Shown in pieces: positions 57,601 to 63,905 of a stretch of DNA of 64,000 nucleotides. Position 1 is the stretch's first letter. Each line of letters starts with the position of its first letter. The translations under genes and the position numbers were made by a program. The notes below the pieces were generated by a model. That model was not told the DNA's origin. It searched no databases and saw only the letters and a list, made by a program, of their open reading frames with translations. Source of the DNA: an uncultured Christensenella sp. (GTDB lineage Bacteria > Bacillota > Clostridia > Christensenellales > UBA1242); contig CAJTYR010000005.1 in assembly GCA_910584295.1 (NCBI GenBank), positions 24,904 to 88,903 of the forward strand. Reading direction: 5' to 3'.

Positions 57601-60329
57601 GTTTCCACCACTTTTCCGCTTGTTGAAGCAAAGTCATTGATTTTTACTGGAATTCCATTTTCACTTTCAAACTTCAAAATAAAGTTGGAATCATTTCTAA
57701 TTTCATTAAACTGAACGCTGTAAACTCCGTTCTGAGGTTTGATATCTGCACCAAATTGGTCCTTCATAACAAATGAAAGTTGTCCATTGAGTTCCGCAAT
57801 TGTTTCAGTATAACTTGCCTGTGTAAGATTTGTGTTTCCCCAATTGATACGAAGACCATCAGCTCCCGCAGAAATATTAACTTCAATTGGACTTGATGTG
57901 TTGATAGTGTTGTTGTGTCCGCTGCCAAACTCCAAAGTCTTTGGTTGTTGGAAATAAATATAGAAATAATCAGGTTGTCCATCAACAATTGGCTCATCCA
58001 AACCAACAAGTTTTGATCGAGTTTCCTTTCCATCATCATAAACAAGTTTTAAAGAGATATCTCTTCCTTGGTCAACTGCAGTTTTTCCTGCAGAGAAAAG
58101 TTCTTCATTGATTGAAACAAACCCCTCAAAAGTTGCGACATTTGCAGTTCTGTTGTCAACAAGTTCGCTTAAGCTTGACAATTCCATATATTTATCGGAG
58201 TATTCGTTTCCATATTGATCACAAACAGCAACTTTTAAAGATTTGTCGTTGAAAGAAGAGTTGAGCTTTTCAACATCTCTGACAATGTCTTCGCTCTTAA
58301 GTTGCAAAGTGAATTTAATTCTTTCAATTGTGTCACCTTTTTCATCTTTGTTGATTGCAGGAAGATAAACATGTCCACCTTTTTCAACAAGAGAATCCTC
58401 TCCAAAAAAACTGAAAGTTGGGGTCATATTTGAAATTGAAAGAGTGCTGTCAACATTGATAACTTTTGCTCCACTGAAGCAAACAAGTTGATATCTTGTC
58501 TTTTCCAAATCTTCGTATTGAATTTCACCATTGACATTTGTTCGAACTAAAGCAGCAATAACAACCACCGAGCCAGTATAACTTTTCTTGACTGTCAGAA
58601 TGTTTGTTGCTGGCAATTCATAGAATGTGTAAGAATCCTTAACTGGGATTCCACTGATGTTGTGAGAACTTATGTTTTTACCCTTATAGTCTTTTGAATA
58701 TTCCTTGCCTTCTCCACAGTTGAATATTTCTTCAACAGGCACCTGTCCATCTCTTGTGTTGTCATAAAGGAAATAAACAACTTTTGAATAAACACTATTT
58801 CCAATGTCGGCAGAAAGAGGAAGGTCAGCAGAGATTGGCTTTCCAGAATCATCATAATTGATAACAAGGTCAAGTTTTTCAGTTGTTAAAGAAACAGAGT
58901 TGTTTCCTTCTTTAACAATAACATCAATAGCTTGTTCTTCCACATCCTTAAAGAAAGTTTTCCACAAACCATTTTCGTCTTTAAAGAAGAAGTTGATTCC
59001 CAATTTAAAAGGAGTATTCTCAACAGTGTCAGAAGAGAATGTCCAACGATAGTTTCCATAATCCCCAGAAGAACTTGTGTTTGGCAAGATGTAATATTCA
59101 ACATCTTCTCCCGCTGCGGAATAGTCAAAATCTTTATCAAAAGTCTGCTCTTCAATAACAACATCGTCTCCAGTTGTCGTCACCTTCATCACTCTTCCAC
59201 CAATAATGGAGAAGTTTGCTTTTCCCTTTGGGACTTTGATTCCAACTCTGCCAAGCAAGATTTGTGCAGGTTTTTTATAGCTGTCATAGATGGAAATTCC
59301 CAAACTCATGTCATTTGGTCTGTCTGTTGAATTTGCTGAAAGCGTAAATGCTTTGTCTGCATAAACTTCAGCAATAGATAAACTTGGTTCAATTCTCACT
59401 TCATCAACTTCAATGTCAAGCACTTTGATGAAAGTTCTTGTTGAAATCACCATTGCTTCATTTGCAGGATCTTCCATAAATTTGATGATCTCGTCCGTTG
59501 TTGCGTTTGGATTTTGATCAAAATAAATCTTTTCATAATAAGAATTTTTGAAAGTGTATGCATAGACAGTTGAATATTTGCTTCCGCTCACTTCTTCTGC
59601 TGTAAATTCTCCTGTTGCTTCGTTATAGGTTATATAATCTGCACCACTGCTTCCCAAAACATTGAAAAAGACTCTTTTATTTTTCTCTTTGTTGTTGAAA
59701 ACATATTGACTGTTTTTTGGGTTGAAAATTGCATTCATTTTAAATCTTGAGCCAACAACCACATTTTGAACTTCGTCAATGCGAGCGATTTGTCCATCAC
59801 CAACAACAAGTTCTATGCTTGAAACTGGTGTGTCGACTGCAACTACAGCAGTTTTCGTTGGAAGAAGGATGTTTTGAGATTTTGCTGTTATGTGAGAAAA
59901 ACCATTGACACTTCCCACAATTTGATTGGATCTGCGAACGAGTTCAACTTTGAAAGGTTTGTTAAGTTCCACTTCTGCTGGAATTGTAATTGCACCATCT
60001 GTGATAAAACCGTTTCTTGTTGTTCCGTTTCGAAGTGAAAGTTCAACTTTGGTTTCTGTCACATCTTTTGTTGTGCAAGAGATGGTAAGGTAAGAATCGT
60101 CAGAGAGAAAATACCAATTGTTTCCATTGATGTTGTCTGCGTATCCTTGTCCATCCACAACTTGTGTGAACGCCATATCTTTTGGGTCAACAACCTTTTC
60201 ATTGAATGTCCCCATAAAAAACAAGACCAAAGTGGTCACACCGGCAACGCCGAAGAGACCTGCAATGACCAACAAAATCACTTTCCAGAGAGCAAGAGGA
60301 GCTCTCGCTTTAAACTTGAAACCTTTCAT
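45636..60329 (-). CDS. Giant (4897 aa) N-terminally membrane-anchored extracellular repeat protein
   Basis: A single uninterrupted ORF. I start it at ATG 60329 (MKGFKFKARAPLALWKVILLVIAGLFGVAGVTTLVLFF, AAGGA RBS). There is no enzymatic motif and no LPXTG. More than a dozen copies of a ~30-aa unit of the form (T/D)AD..V.GK.YY.....G.Y..V..P.......YYE are present. Confidence 0.85.
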   Translation of the reverse strand: MKGFKFKARAPLALWKVILLVIAGLFGVAGVTTLVLFFMGTFNEKVVDPKDMAFTQVVDGQGYADNINGNNWYFLSDDSYLTISCTTKDVTETKVELSLRNGTTRNGFITDGAITIPAEVELNKPFKVELVRRSNQIVGSVNGFSHITAKSQNILLPTKTAVVAVDTPVSSIELVVGDGQIARIDEVQNVVVGSRFKMNAIFNPKNSQYVFNNKEKNKRVFFNVLGSSGADYITYNEATGEFTAEEVSGSKYSTVYAYTFKNSYYEKIYFDQNPNATTDEIIKFMEDPANEAMVISTRTFIKVLDIEVDEVRIEPSLSIAEVYADKAFTLSANSTDRPNDMSLGISIYDSYKKPAQILLGRVGIKVPKGKANFSIIGGRVMKVTTTGDDVVIEEQTFDKDFDYSAAGEDVEYYILPNTSSSGDYGNYRWTFSSDTVENTPFKLGINFFFKDENGLWKTFFKDVEEQAIDVIVKEGNNSVSLTTEKLDLVINYDDSGKPISADLPLSADIGNSVYSKVVYFLYDNTRDGQVPVEEIFNCGEGKEYSKDYKGKNISSHNISGIPVKDSYTFYELPATNILTVKKSYTGSVVVIAALVRTNVNGEIQYEDLEKTRYQLVCFSGAKVINVDSTLSISNMTPTFSFFGEDSLVEKGGHVYLPAINKDEKGDTIERIKFTLQLKSEDIVRDVEKLNSSFNDKSLKVAVCDQYGNEYSDKYMELSSLSELVDNRTANVATFEGFVSINEELFSAGKTAVDQGRDISLKLVYDDGKETRSKLVGLDEPIVDGQPDYFYIYFQQPKTLEFGSGHNNTINTSSPIEVNISAGADGLRINWGNTNLTQASYTETIAELNGQLSFVMKDQFGADIKPQNGVYSVQFNEIRNDSNFILKFESENGIPVKINDFASTSGKVVETQLKICVVDRKNGNERVMAVNEDGTLSGVELQSDLFSFVVNTEGLDYVKYDSSTDVDYKEDDRFVSASKGVTEVTVKKDVKSNTTITLSDLFRIYTTNSTAPNSDYTVMFDGTWLQGFQGGVNGTSLKKMLQINGEDSSSAQDNITAYENIAITTLKINAPFKVENTLKFKINSNNNLYSVTLNLVLSSTIEISRSFGNYYDSYSDYLAKPTSGSAEAVFADEIYDLDEYLQFKSEDFSWADAFVGKGIDLSSNINGVFYENSGIASLDTVVDGKVRLKIASVRQYTTIRIRLYYGVRSDYAFYTDVDLYVNPNILIEEKVENLEENPMLDLNNIKESKINDYYSVYKATSYKNGIKESVSIGNVTLDAKTLVYQNVDTDGFITIQSGASESAGNFLFVTGKSVDVLKAYEQSFSIYASQDSLLDAVKVKIDGNNSTKIVKYNDKNHIKISFSVCYNKASVKELVQEVFPDASVITYQGELRLLMRAGASYEIAYVAGADGKKNYLFNVKSVVEGSKNITKNASGTGINVRTPAFIDHENAVIVGKTVEDYAKNKLEITLNLGVTVSNLGENFVYYTNNNNSFNTFQKESFEKTNDTAIVEDKTYYVETEGKFLVVENPVAADLSTYYEKVYTAIDFDKLISANVSDLEENGIYETLKAGQVYKILHDISQEFAPTKDTALVDGKTYYEQKTVGTGTQFVVVETPDVAKIGSYYEKNAPEAGFYYDISQAGTRIPTVEILTSGVDGYVENLASYENGMLKINSMEKEISGYIVLKFTLSTVGVNVSTYSWLYRIKVAPNFEIGKVNYPYNDFSEEEGAVYGEFLDTTSSAYNAETLTYSIDLEEKFNSSNSGRYSGYRFDEIKWIEKPSGAIKWAYRLVEASTNVNVSFDGSLLNIAYRNSSAVGSVNTIVIEKYWTVDDLEVVGSSMRYTIKINQARDFEVSLYRDQVKDSNKVDQDGNNERLYVDTIIAGSNEQTYIPIIQPIDGNVTGDMINFGSYIKGNKLDLLDALMFKKVWLAEGTTLKVEGLQDITLSEDVILVDKTDWVYASVVNRVVDDATKTFITYEGSEFNELELGDDGYVWGEFESLPITGVAGYVKYGIRLEDIQFDFLAEGRQEYSITSDEVTKRNKKYYTLEGSDYVEVPLAVTSEIGDYFERKYVKTADEAIVDGKAYFSLDGGVYKLVENPVVENITSYYEKTFERTADTDLVSGKTYFVEVAGEYLPRYTVGAKFESGVTYYEMNRTPYKTVALKAKANISKNSEFELGFYASEGVIIKVALKAESYFEWNVEKRDLASGKQYDFSELFSGPTTKGDSRQITKVSMKLKNGFDPYRTYYFVTDDKTPIDGEDYYILAYGKYTKVEFEDEAKFDEKTTYYECVSLKISDVVSLTGEISLVDEVLNYNAIKLEIAPLVSDIKLDFDIMIESAPKDDLANVSVFTFSESFNVSASFSEKTPRQVQDMNKRYGQVEFDVKIDEGDVNSVITPKDFTSTTLPSTVELISTPNTMYRFVSGDGYEVADLATEEDKTPRVTISPDNVGSESQGIIKTLNVISQFRKDGKIKEIARFEVKYRFTADRNVDVNANYPTPDGDEENPSKTEYISATLKTDAEGQRKSKTFEDFFNSPATFSSNPRIGVVNVAKTVEGEIVSNIKKSWQVSVSSVTNVEISFAQADDTIKSITGDSSDKVVLKDSEDGKVDLTFTLLNTGETGSVTFDVKVNEVLTQYTVVIINDAIVKVTTNTPNYNLNRESVFAEDLALSDEQTLFTQNRLLNFVFKNSAVTGATYYVRLTNRTNPAENKIIPITVTNRGMASNVDLGKSFIDFDYTATFRTLEGAQANDNAYKIADESEIFNISPNLTSRVVVSYYDGKEIKLDANNYVKLGTELNWKVDGDYNRPTFSPVEALETKEMFAPVSASLMNETGEVATFKKPDGSLERFVKVNKGDAYVGYFSGVKNIESASSENLYSGVVLLSKDSRAVVVGDGETAPTGTMHTEIRINGETWYVYSCFAKNFAIGNLEKVSGTDKAIELSGSTWKECVEELVKKSLHGFKKADEVELKTEDYHKTRTYQIGVQVGDETIVTNSQYSLYLEIEFGVSQNADSGTTYSMREINAGVYASLFDEVDFGIYNTRTGNKYSNSGNAGTDNLLNSGGSVDLKIYGFSDLHITNASGADDLQKAAYEIHNKLKSTAGKDLEKDVVYGTGLNPRVRALENLNDDYGSIDLNYLDHSAVIVNGKVVDYSIHARGANNDGNHVMMRITYTVSFGKNTTPISVAHNLLFKVLPNSSVNFLTRKGSTATTASANIVINGQSYASNQESAFAIENDDGSEADFANEFSLWDISAAGSSNSAITAYLYNNKTLNNANTFTYTYKPDGPKTEYNNFDIGTGLKIVKDSPTSGVPQWEKVLIKELKLGTRKFYIDAKNDFGFKIRFYFTLTATENPQIAKISSEGNVLAEGQAVVVGSQFMNVRPTIVVAESEGSTERRQLLGTLDYKLKAGTTNSYANRISDLPDNITKVILSAQANNGFGTVIKEIKTSGKEVDIWDENNHEEEYKNWWLNGVKGVSAEIDVPDKDTPPSTTNPNPMKKQKMTQNDLANAPISVYVVFDNGEFGTFRNITYKQAGDKDGSTWKDKKIEQVYSTSSGYDEPSLQVDDKMNDDKAKVILRGISAFAFKSTGDDTINALNIDVATGKDKTSGYVSRVNDIKVEGIEFYLGETLLGSAKRGTATAEGNIPLVTSADYKFFDGKAYEYVYEQTNDSSIILGKKYFKEDKTELDYSEIVVKDNQLYLKDSEARVYERVRKAVSGDPTPIDGIGYQQDAFDFIVPVIDSIYFGINESLPNVRMEITLVEGDSNNLEEDVNTCVLSQYVTISRLTKEITFPDKVVDNTPVKVISNEDSKNRKVYNDTLEVILEAGESITFAISDKEFKEVPSEGLIVLQNSSSFARTEYVPISSNIQNLDYNFYSEHKDINDFYVTVVKQTTKDKIEFVYNGEEIAVDESKDPVSKYIETSDISVLSNKTYYIKSGDSYVSKLGSALYSNVASLNNVPEGVTFYELSETGYYVPVANPASGATTYYVEAAALYSQEKYDETSGKTYYTKTGDFFALADKFESGKEYYVRKDLYELAYKRTADTELVKEKEYFTFADGIYKKVEKPEADKLSSYFEVEKSTIYNAKTISQYFEGITLHINDASEFPGKTETLYFLYQGGEKISTSESYGIYFKTKDTSIQEGKKYYEYSGGKYVEVNNPDLSDVTKAYYEFDKQYSNKNMFYQMRKTFQVYPEFEKLESDSIDTSGNIEFKLENYLKVAKTAGETSDFYYIIPREVWGENLKLKNYANVGTAVSNFKGGDKTPAYKYVFEVSKEIEGGAGGAFIDEYGNIITERNFNLQESTITVNVYMKVSGRNGYFDVPSKKLKLGTFRIMLSSRSDWNEISDRRYGNIYTGSENAVLDSGVISVEQGYRLFDYVEGNFKYDEITNYIFDSNETKSSKTIACEVGDTLNFKEIFEEESKDLHNVTYHIVEDKIGNSEANIVYYNNLDSYKIEKEGTHELKLLVTYRDAKSGSTINKAIVKLSVMAYNVLNRTDKVILLDASTYDKTKDTVVVTGKDYFELVDGKYVKADTPDFANKTKTYYEYSPSTYSLGAGDWYSLDLDGNIKLVTDKIGDKTVYVAPETTGIYTESYVAKDSEGVTRVYSFTFYVVSKQHEVKNVVLNQNAPYNLSNLYTGTGYRFYKVTDSKFESGTDHTNKDAEIVEISTENFTYAAHHEAVGNYIVRDPEGEYFRLTVNYKFTASSSPTNSTIFVEAGTKLADALKEQVEKDLAEKKAKVTDVKLIGANGILEEETASANENEFRIDGKNYLVTYTLGDSAQKYFVRYYVTYYVYKDSTNVTIATAPNTNYSLNQANATVIKKMQADGFGVTDNATLTYFQLNENGRAVPVSTISLAALESGNINATYIVQATYTTSTGNGEDQVTTQHSEYYLVNITFTHLT

Positions 60330-60525
60330 CGATAGAATCCTTAAAACAAATTCGTCAAACAAGCAAACAAACAGCAACTATTTGAGCAATTTTTATTTAA
60401 AATTATTGTTTACATATTTCGACAAAATAATTATACAATTTTAAGACTTATTTTCGCAAGTGTTTATCGAGATTTTTTATATAAAATAAAATATATATAA
60501 ATATGTGCCAAAGAAGGCGTTTAAG

Positions 60526-60554
60526 TTGACATCAAAAAAAATATCGTTTATAAT
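60526..60554 (+). promoter_or_regulatory. Consensus sigma-70 promoter TTGACA-17-TATAAT placed for a leaderless transcript
   Basis: -35 at 60526..60531 and -10 at 60549..60554. The A of ATG 60561 is 7 nt after the -10, and there is no SD sequence in between. Confidence 0.6.
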
Positions 60555-60560
60555 CAACAT

Positions 60561-61340
60561 ATGAACACAAATTTCGAAATTTATAACTATCTAAACCTTA
60601 TCAACCGTCGCGTTGCAAAGGCTTTTCGAAGCACAGGAAGAAGCCCTCTACCTGCAAACTTCAAAATCACAACAGAAACAATCAAGGAAAGGCTGTATTT
60701 AAATCAGATGCAGTCAAGCATTTCTTATCCTGAGTTTTTGTTTGAAAACAACAGAAATGTAAAAAAACGTTTTAAGGCTTCCGTAAAGCAGATTAAACAA
60801 CTTCAAGCAATGCTCAAAGACCCAGAATACGCAAAAACTATGTCACCTGCCTTTCTGGAAAAATTTTCAACCTATCTCAAGCTGCGCCTTTTTGTGACGA
60901 ACTGCATACTAAAAGAATTTAAGCACTTTTATTTCAATGAGTGTGACGCTTATGAAGAAATTTGTGCAATTGACACAATTTTCTTTGAACTTTTGGACGA
61001 CACCTTTGAACCTGACTTTGATGTCAGATTGCATGTGGGTAATCTTGAAAATAAATACAAAGTTTTCTATCAAGAAAGAGTAAGCCGACTTGAAGAAAAA
61101 GTGTCTGAAAAAACAAAAAAGAAAAGAGCTGAAAAAGCAAAACTTCAACAAGAAGCGGTTCAACTCAATCAAAAAGCTTTGAATGAAAATATTCAGTCCA
61201 ACACAAAAACAGAAAAGAAAGAAGCGAAAGAAATTAAAGCCGGAATAAGAAACGAAAAGAAAGAAGCAAAAATTAAAAAATCGCAAGAAATTCACACATT
61301 TAAACAAGAAAAAGAACAAAAAATTAATGAAAGAAAATAA
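60561..61340 (+). CDS. Hypothetical protein with a Lys/Glu-rich C-terminal tail
   Basis: 259-aa ORF. The last ~90 aa are low-complexity K/E-rich. No recognised motif. Confidence 0.55.
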   Translation: MNTNFEIYNYLNLINRRVAKAFRSTGRSPLPANFKITTETIKERLYLNQMQSSISYPEFLFENNRNVKKRFKASVKQIKQLQAMLKDPEYAKTMSPAFLEKFSTYLKLRLFVTNCILKEFKHFYFNECDAYEEICAIDTIFFELLDDTFEPDFDVRLHVGNLENKYKVFYQERVSRLEEKVSEKTKKKRAEKAKLQQEAVQLNQKALNENIQSNTKTEKKEAKEIKAGIRNEKKEAKIKKSQEIHTFKQEKEQKINERK

Positions 61341-61348
61341 GGAGCAAA

Positions 61349-62932
61349 ATGATACAGGCAATAAATGTCTCCCTTGCTTTTGGAGGGAGAAAATTATATA
61401 AAGACGTAAACTTAAAATTCACAAAAGGCAACTGCTATGGCATTATTGGTGCAAATGGTGCAGGAAAATCTACCTTTTTAAAAATTATCACTGGAGAACT
61501 CGAACCAAACACTGGAGAAATTGTTATCACCCCTGGCGAAAGAATGTCCGTCTTGGAACAAAATCAAAACAAATATGACAACGAAACTGTTTTGGACACA
61601 GTGCTTCTTGGACACAAAAGATTGATGGAAATCCAAAAAGAAAAAGATGCACTTTATGCAAAGCCAGATTTTTCAGATGAAGATGGCATCCGTGCTGGAG
61701 AACTTGAAATCGAGTTTGCTGAACTTGGTGGATGGGAAGCGGACGGAGAAGCAAAAACATTATTGCAAAATCTTGGGGTTGGAGAGGAGTTGTTTTATGA
61801 ACAAATGGCAACTCTTGATGCAAAAATCAAAGTCAAAGTTTTGCTGGCACAAGCACTTTTTGGCAATCCGGACATCTTGATTTTGGACGAGCCAACCAAC
61901 AACCTTGATTTCAAAACAATTCGATGGTTTGAAAACTTCCTTCTGGATTTTGAAAACATTGTCATCATTGTGTCCCACAACAGGCACTTTTTAAACAAAG
62001 TCTGCACTCACATTTGTGATGTTGACTTTGGAGAAATCAATATGTACCTTGGAAACTATGATTTCTGGTATGAAACAAGTCAACTTCTTGCAAGACAAGC
62101 AAAAGATCAAAACAAAAAGGCAGAACAACGTGCGAAAGAACTCAAAGAGTTTATTGCAAGATTCTCCGCAAATGCTTCAAAATCAAAACAAGCAACAAGC
62201 AGAAAGAAAGAACTTGAAAAACTCACTCTCGATGATTTCCGACCTTCATCAAGAAAGTATCCTTATGTTGATTTTAAATATGAACAAGAAATAGGCAAAG
62301 AAATTTTGAAAGTTGAAGGCTTGAGCAAAGCAGGTTTTTTCAAAAACCTTTCATTCACCGTTGAAAAAGATCAAAAGATTGTTTTCTTGTCACAAAACAG
62401 CATGGTGCTTACAACACTCTTCAACATCCTTGCTGGAAAAGAGGAGGCAGATAGCGGAAGTATCCGTTGGGGAAAAACAATCAAATATTCCTACCTTCCA
62501 CAAGACAACCGAGAATATTTTGAAAATTGTCACCTTTCAATCGTTGACTGGCTTAGACAATATTCAAAAGACAAAACTGAAAGTTATGTCAGAGGATGGC
62601 TTGGCAGAATGCTCTTCTCTGGAGAAGAAAGTTTGAAAGAAGTTAATGTTCTTTCAGGTGGAGAAAGAGTGAGATGTATGTTGGCAAAAATTATGCTTGA
62701 AGCAGGAAACGCTCTCATTTTGGACGAACCAACAAACCACCTCGATCTTGAAAGCATAACCTCTCTCAACAAGGGAATGATAAACTTCAAAGGAGCAATG
62801 CTTTTTGCAACTGGCGACCAAGAGATCATCGAAACTGTTGCAAATCGAATTATTGACATTGTGGACGAAAACACAATCGTCGACAAACAAATGACATATG
62901 AAGAATATATGGAAAAATATAAGGGTCTGTGA
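61349..62932 (+). CDS. ABC-F family ATPase (tandem NBDs, no TM domain) with one degenerate nucleotide site
   Basis: NBD1 has Walker A GANGAGKST, Walker B ILILDEPTNNLD and H-loop VSHNRHFL. NBD2 has signature LSGGERVRCMLA and Walker B ALILDEPTNHLD. The NBD1 signature is LDAKIKVK, and the NBD2 Walker A reads FLSQNSMVLTT. Confidence 0.9.
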   Translation: MIQAINVSLAFGGRKLYKDVNLKFTKGNCYGIIGANGAGKSTFLKIITGELEPNTGEIVITPGERMSVLEQNQNKYDNETVLDTVLLGHKRLMEIQKEKDALYAKPDFSDEDGIRAGELEIEFAELGGWEADGEAKTLLQNLGVGEELFYEQMATLDAKIKVKVLLAQALFGNPDILILDEPTNNLDFKTIRWFENFLLDFENIVIIVSHNRHFLNKVCTHICDVDFGEINMYLGNYDFWYETSQLLARQAKDQNKKAEQRAKELKEFIARFSANASKSKQATSRKKELEKLTLDDFRPSSRKYPYVDFKYEQEIGKEILKVEGLSKAGFFKNLSFTVEKDQKIVFLSQNSMVLTTLFNILAGKEEADSGSIRWGKTIKYSYLPQDNREYFENCHLSIVDWLRQYSKDKTESYVRGWLGRMLFSGEESLKEVNVLSGGERVRCMLAKIMLEAGNALILDEPTNHLDLESITSLNKGMINFKGAMLFATGDQEIIETVANRIIDIVDENTIVDKQMTYEEYMEKYKGL

Positions 62933-62945
62933 CCCTTGTTTTTTT
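62921..62945. terminator. Rho-independent terminator overlapping the ABC-F stop codon
   Basis: AAGGGTC-TGT-GACCCTT followed by GTTTTTTT. Confidence 0.7.
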
Positions 62946-62969
62946 ATATTCTGAAACCAACAAACAATC

Positions 62970-63821
62970 TTATTTTGCTCTTTTTGTTGCTGAAATCTCA
63001 AGATATGTTGTTTTTGAATACTCCCCTTTTGTAGGTTTCAACTTTGAAAAAACATCAAAATCTTTAAATAGTGACAAAATTTCTTTCTCATCTCCAAGTT
63101 TGTTGCTACTCATATTGTTTGTGTACTTTTTTGCTAAATCAACTATCTGCTCTTGCGAAAGTTTGATATATTTTTTGTATCTTTTGTATTTAACCTTCGC
63201 CTTGTTGACAAATTTTTGTTTGTACCTTTCTTGCTTTTTGTCTGAGACACTTTTGTTTTTGTAAACTCTGACTGTGGTGACAATTTTCCCACCCGTCACC
63301 AACAAATCTTTCCACTTGTCAATCACTTTGCAAGCGTCGGATTTATTAAATCTCGTTAAAAACGCATCACAACAAATCAAGTCATAATGATTGTAATTCT
63401 CAAGTTCAAGTATGTTTTTGTTGATAAGGTTGACTTGCGTGGATTTTTTATCCGCATACCATTGGCAAGCAAACAATGGCGTCTGACAACTGTCAACCAC
63501 ATCAATATTTACTTTGCATTCAACACTACCACTAGCATTGATAACATAAGCCAACAATGAATAATCCGCAGTTCCAGAAATGAGAATATTGATTTCTTTC
63601 TTACCTCCTATAAGTGACCTTGACAACTCTTTTCTAAAAAACTTATCATGCCATGTTGGAGTGGAAACCAAATTCATCATCCTGAAATATTGCCAAGCCG
63701 AGTGATACCATGTGCAATCTTTGGAAACAATTCCATTTTTACACAAATCTTTCGCCACATCATAGACTTCATTTGCGCTTTGTTTTAAATAATTGGAAAT
63801 TTGGTGTTTAATATTATTCAT
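62970..63821 (-). CDS. Hypothetical protein, possibly a class I SAM-dependent methyltransferase
   Basis: ILISGTADYS (weak motif I), an acidic residue after beta-2 (VDVVDSC), DLICCDAFL and LLVTGGKIV resemble the Rossmann-fold methyltransferase layout. Weak call. Confidence 0.45.
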   Translation of the reverse strand: MNNIKHQISNYLKQSANEVYDVAKDLCKNGIVSKDCTWYHSAWQYFRMMNLVSTPTWHDKFFRKELSRSLIGGKKEINILISGTADYSLLAYVINASGSVECKVNIDVVDSCQTPLFACQWYADKKSTQVNLINKNILELENYNHYDLICCDAFLTRFNKSDACKVIDKWKDLLVTGGKIVTTVRVYKNKSVSDKKQERYKQKFVNKAKVKYKRYKKYIKLSQEQIVDLAKKYTNNMSSNKLGDEKEILSLFKDFDVFSKLKPTKGEYSKTTYLEISATKRAK

Positions 63822-63880
63822 AAAAATCCTTAAAAAATATTTTCAATTATATTATCATATATTTAATTAAAAAACAATAA

Positions 63881-63905
63881 AAATAATAAATAATAAATAA
63901 TAAAT
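63881..63905. repeat. Short tandem repeat (AAATAAT) x3.5
   Basis: Direct reading of aaataataaataataaataataaat in the AT-rich region upstream of 62970..63821. Confidence 0.9.

Noticed and set aside
45636-60377. Numerous 60-156-aa ORFs on both strands inside the giant gene (for example 47445..47861, 52381..52851, 55397..55855 and 59 kb-region ORFs)
   Set aside because: All are nested within or antisense to a 14.7-kb uninterrupted reading frame, and they are low-complexity. Such ORFs are expected by chance in AT-rich DNA.
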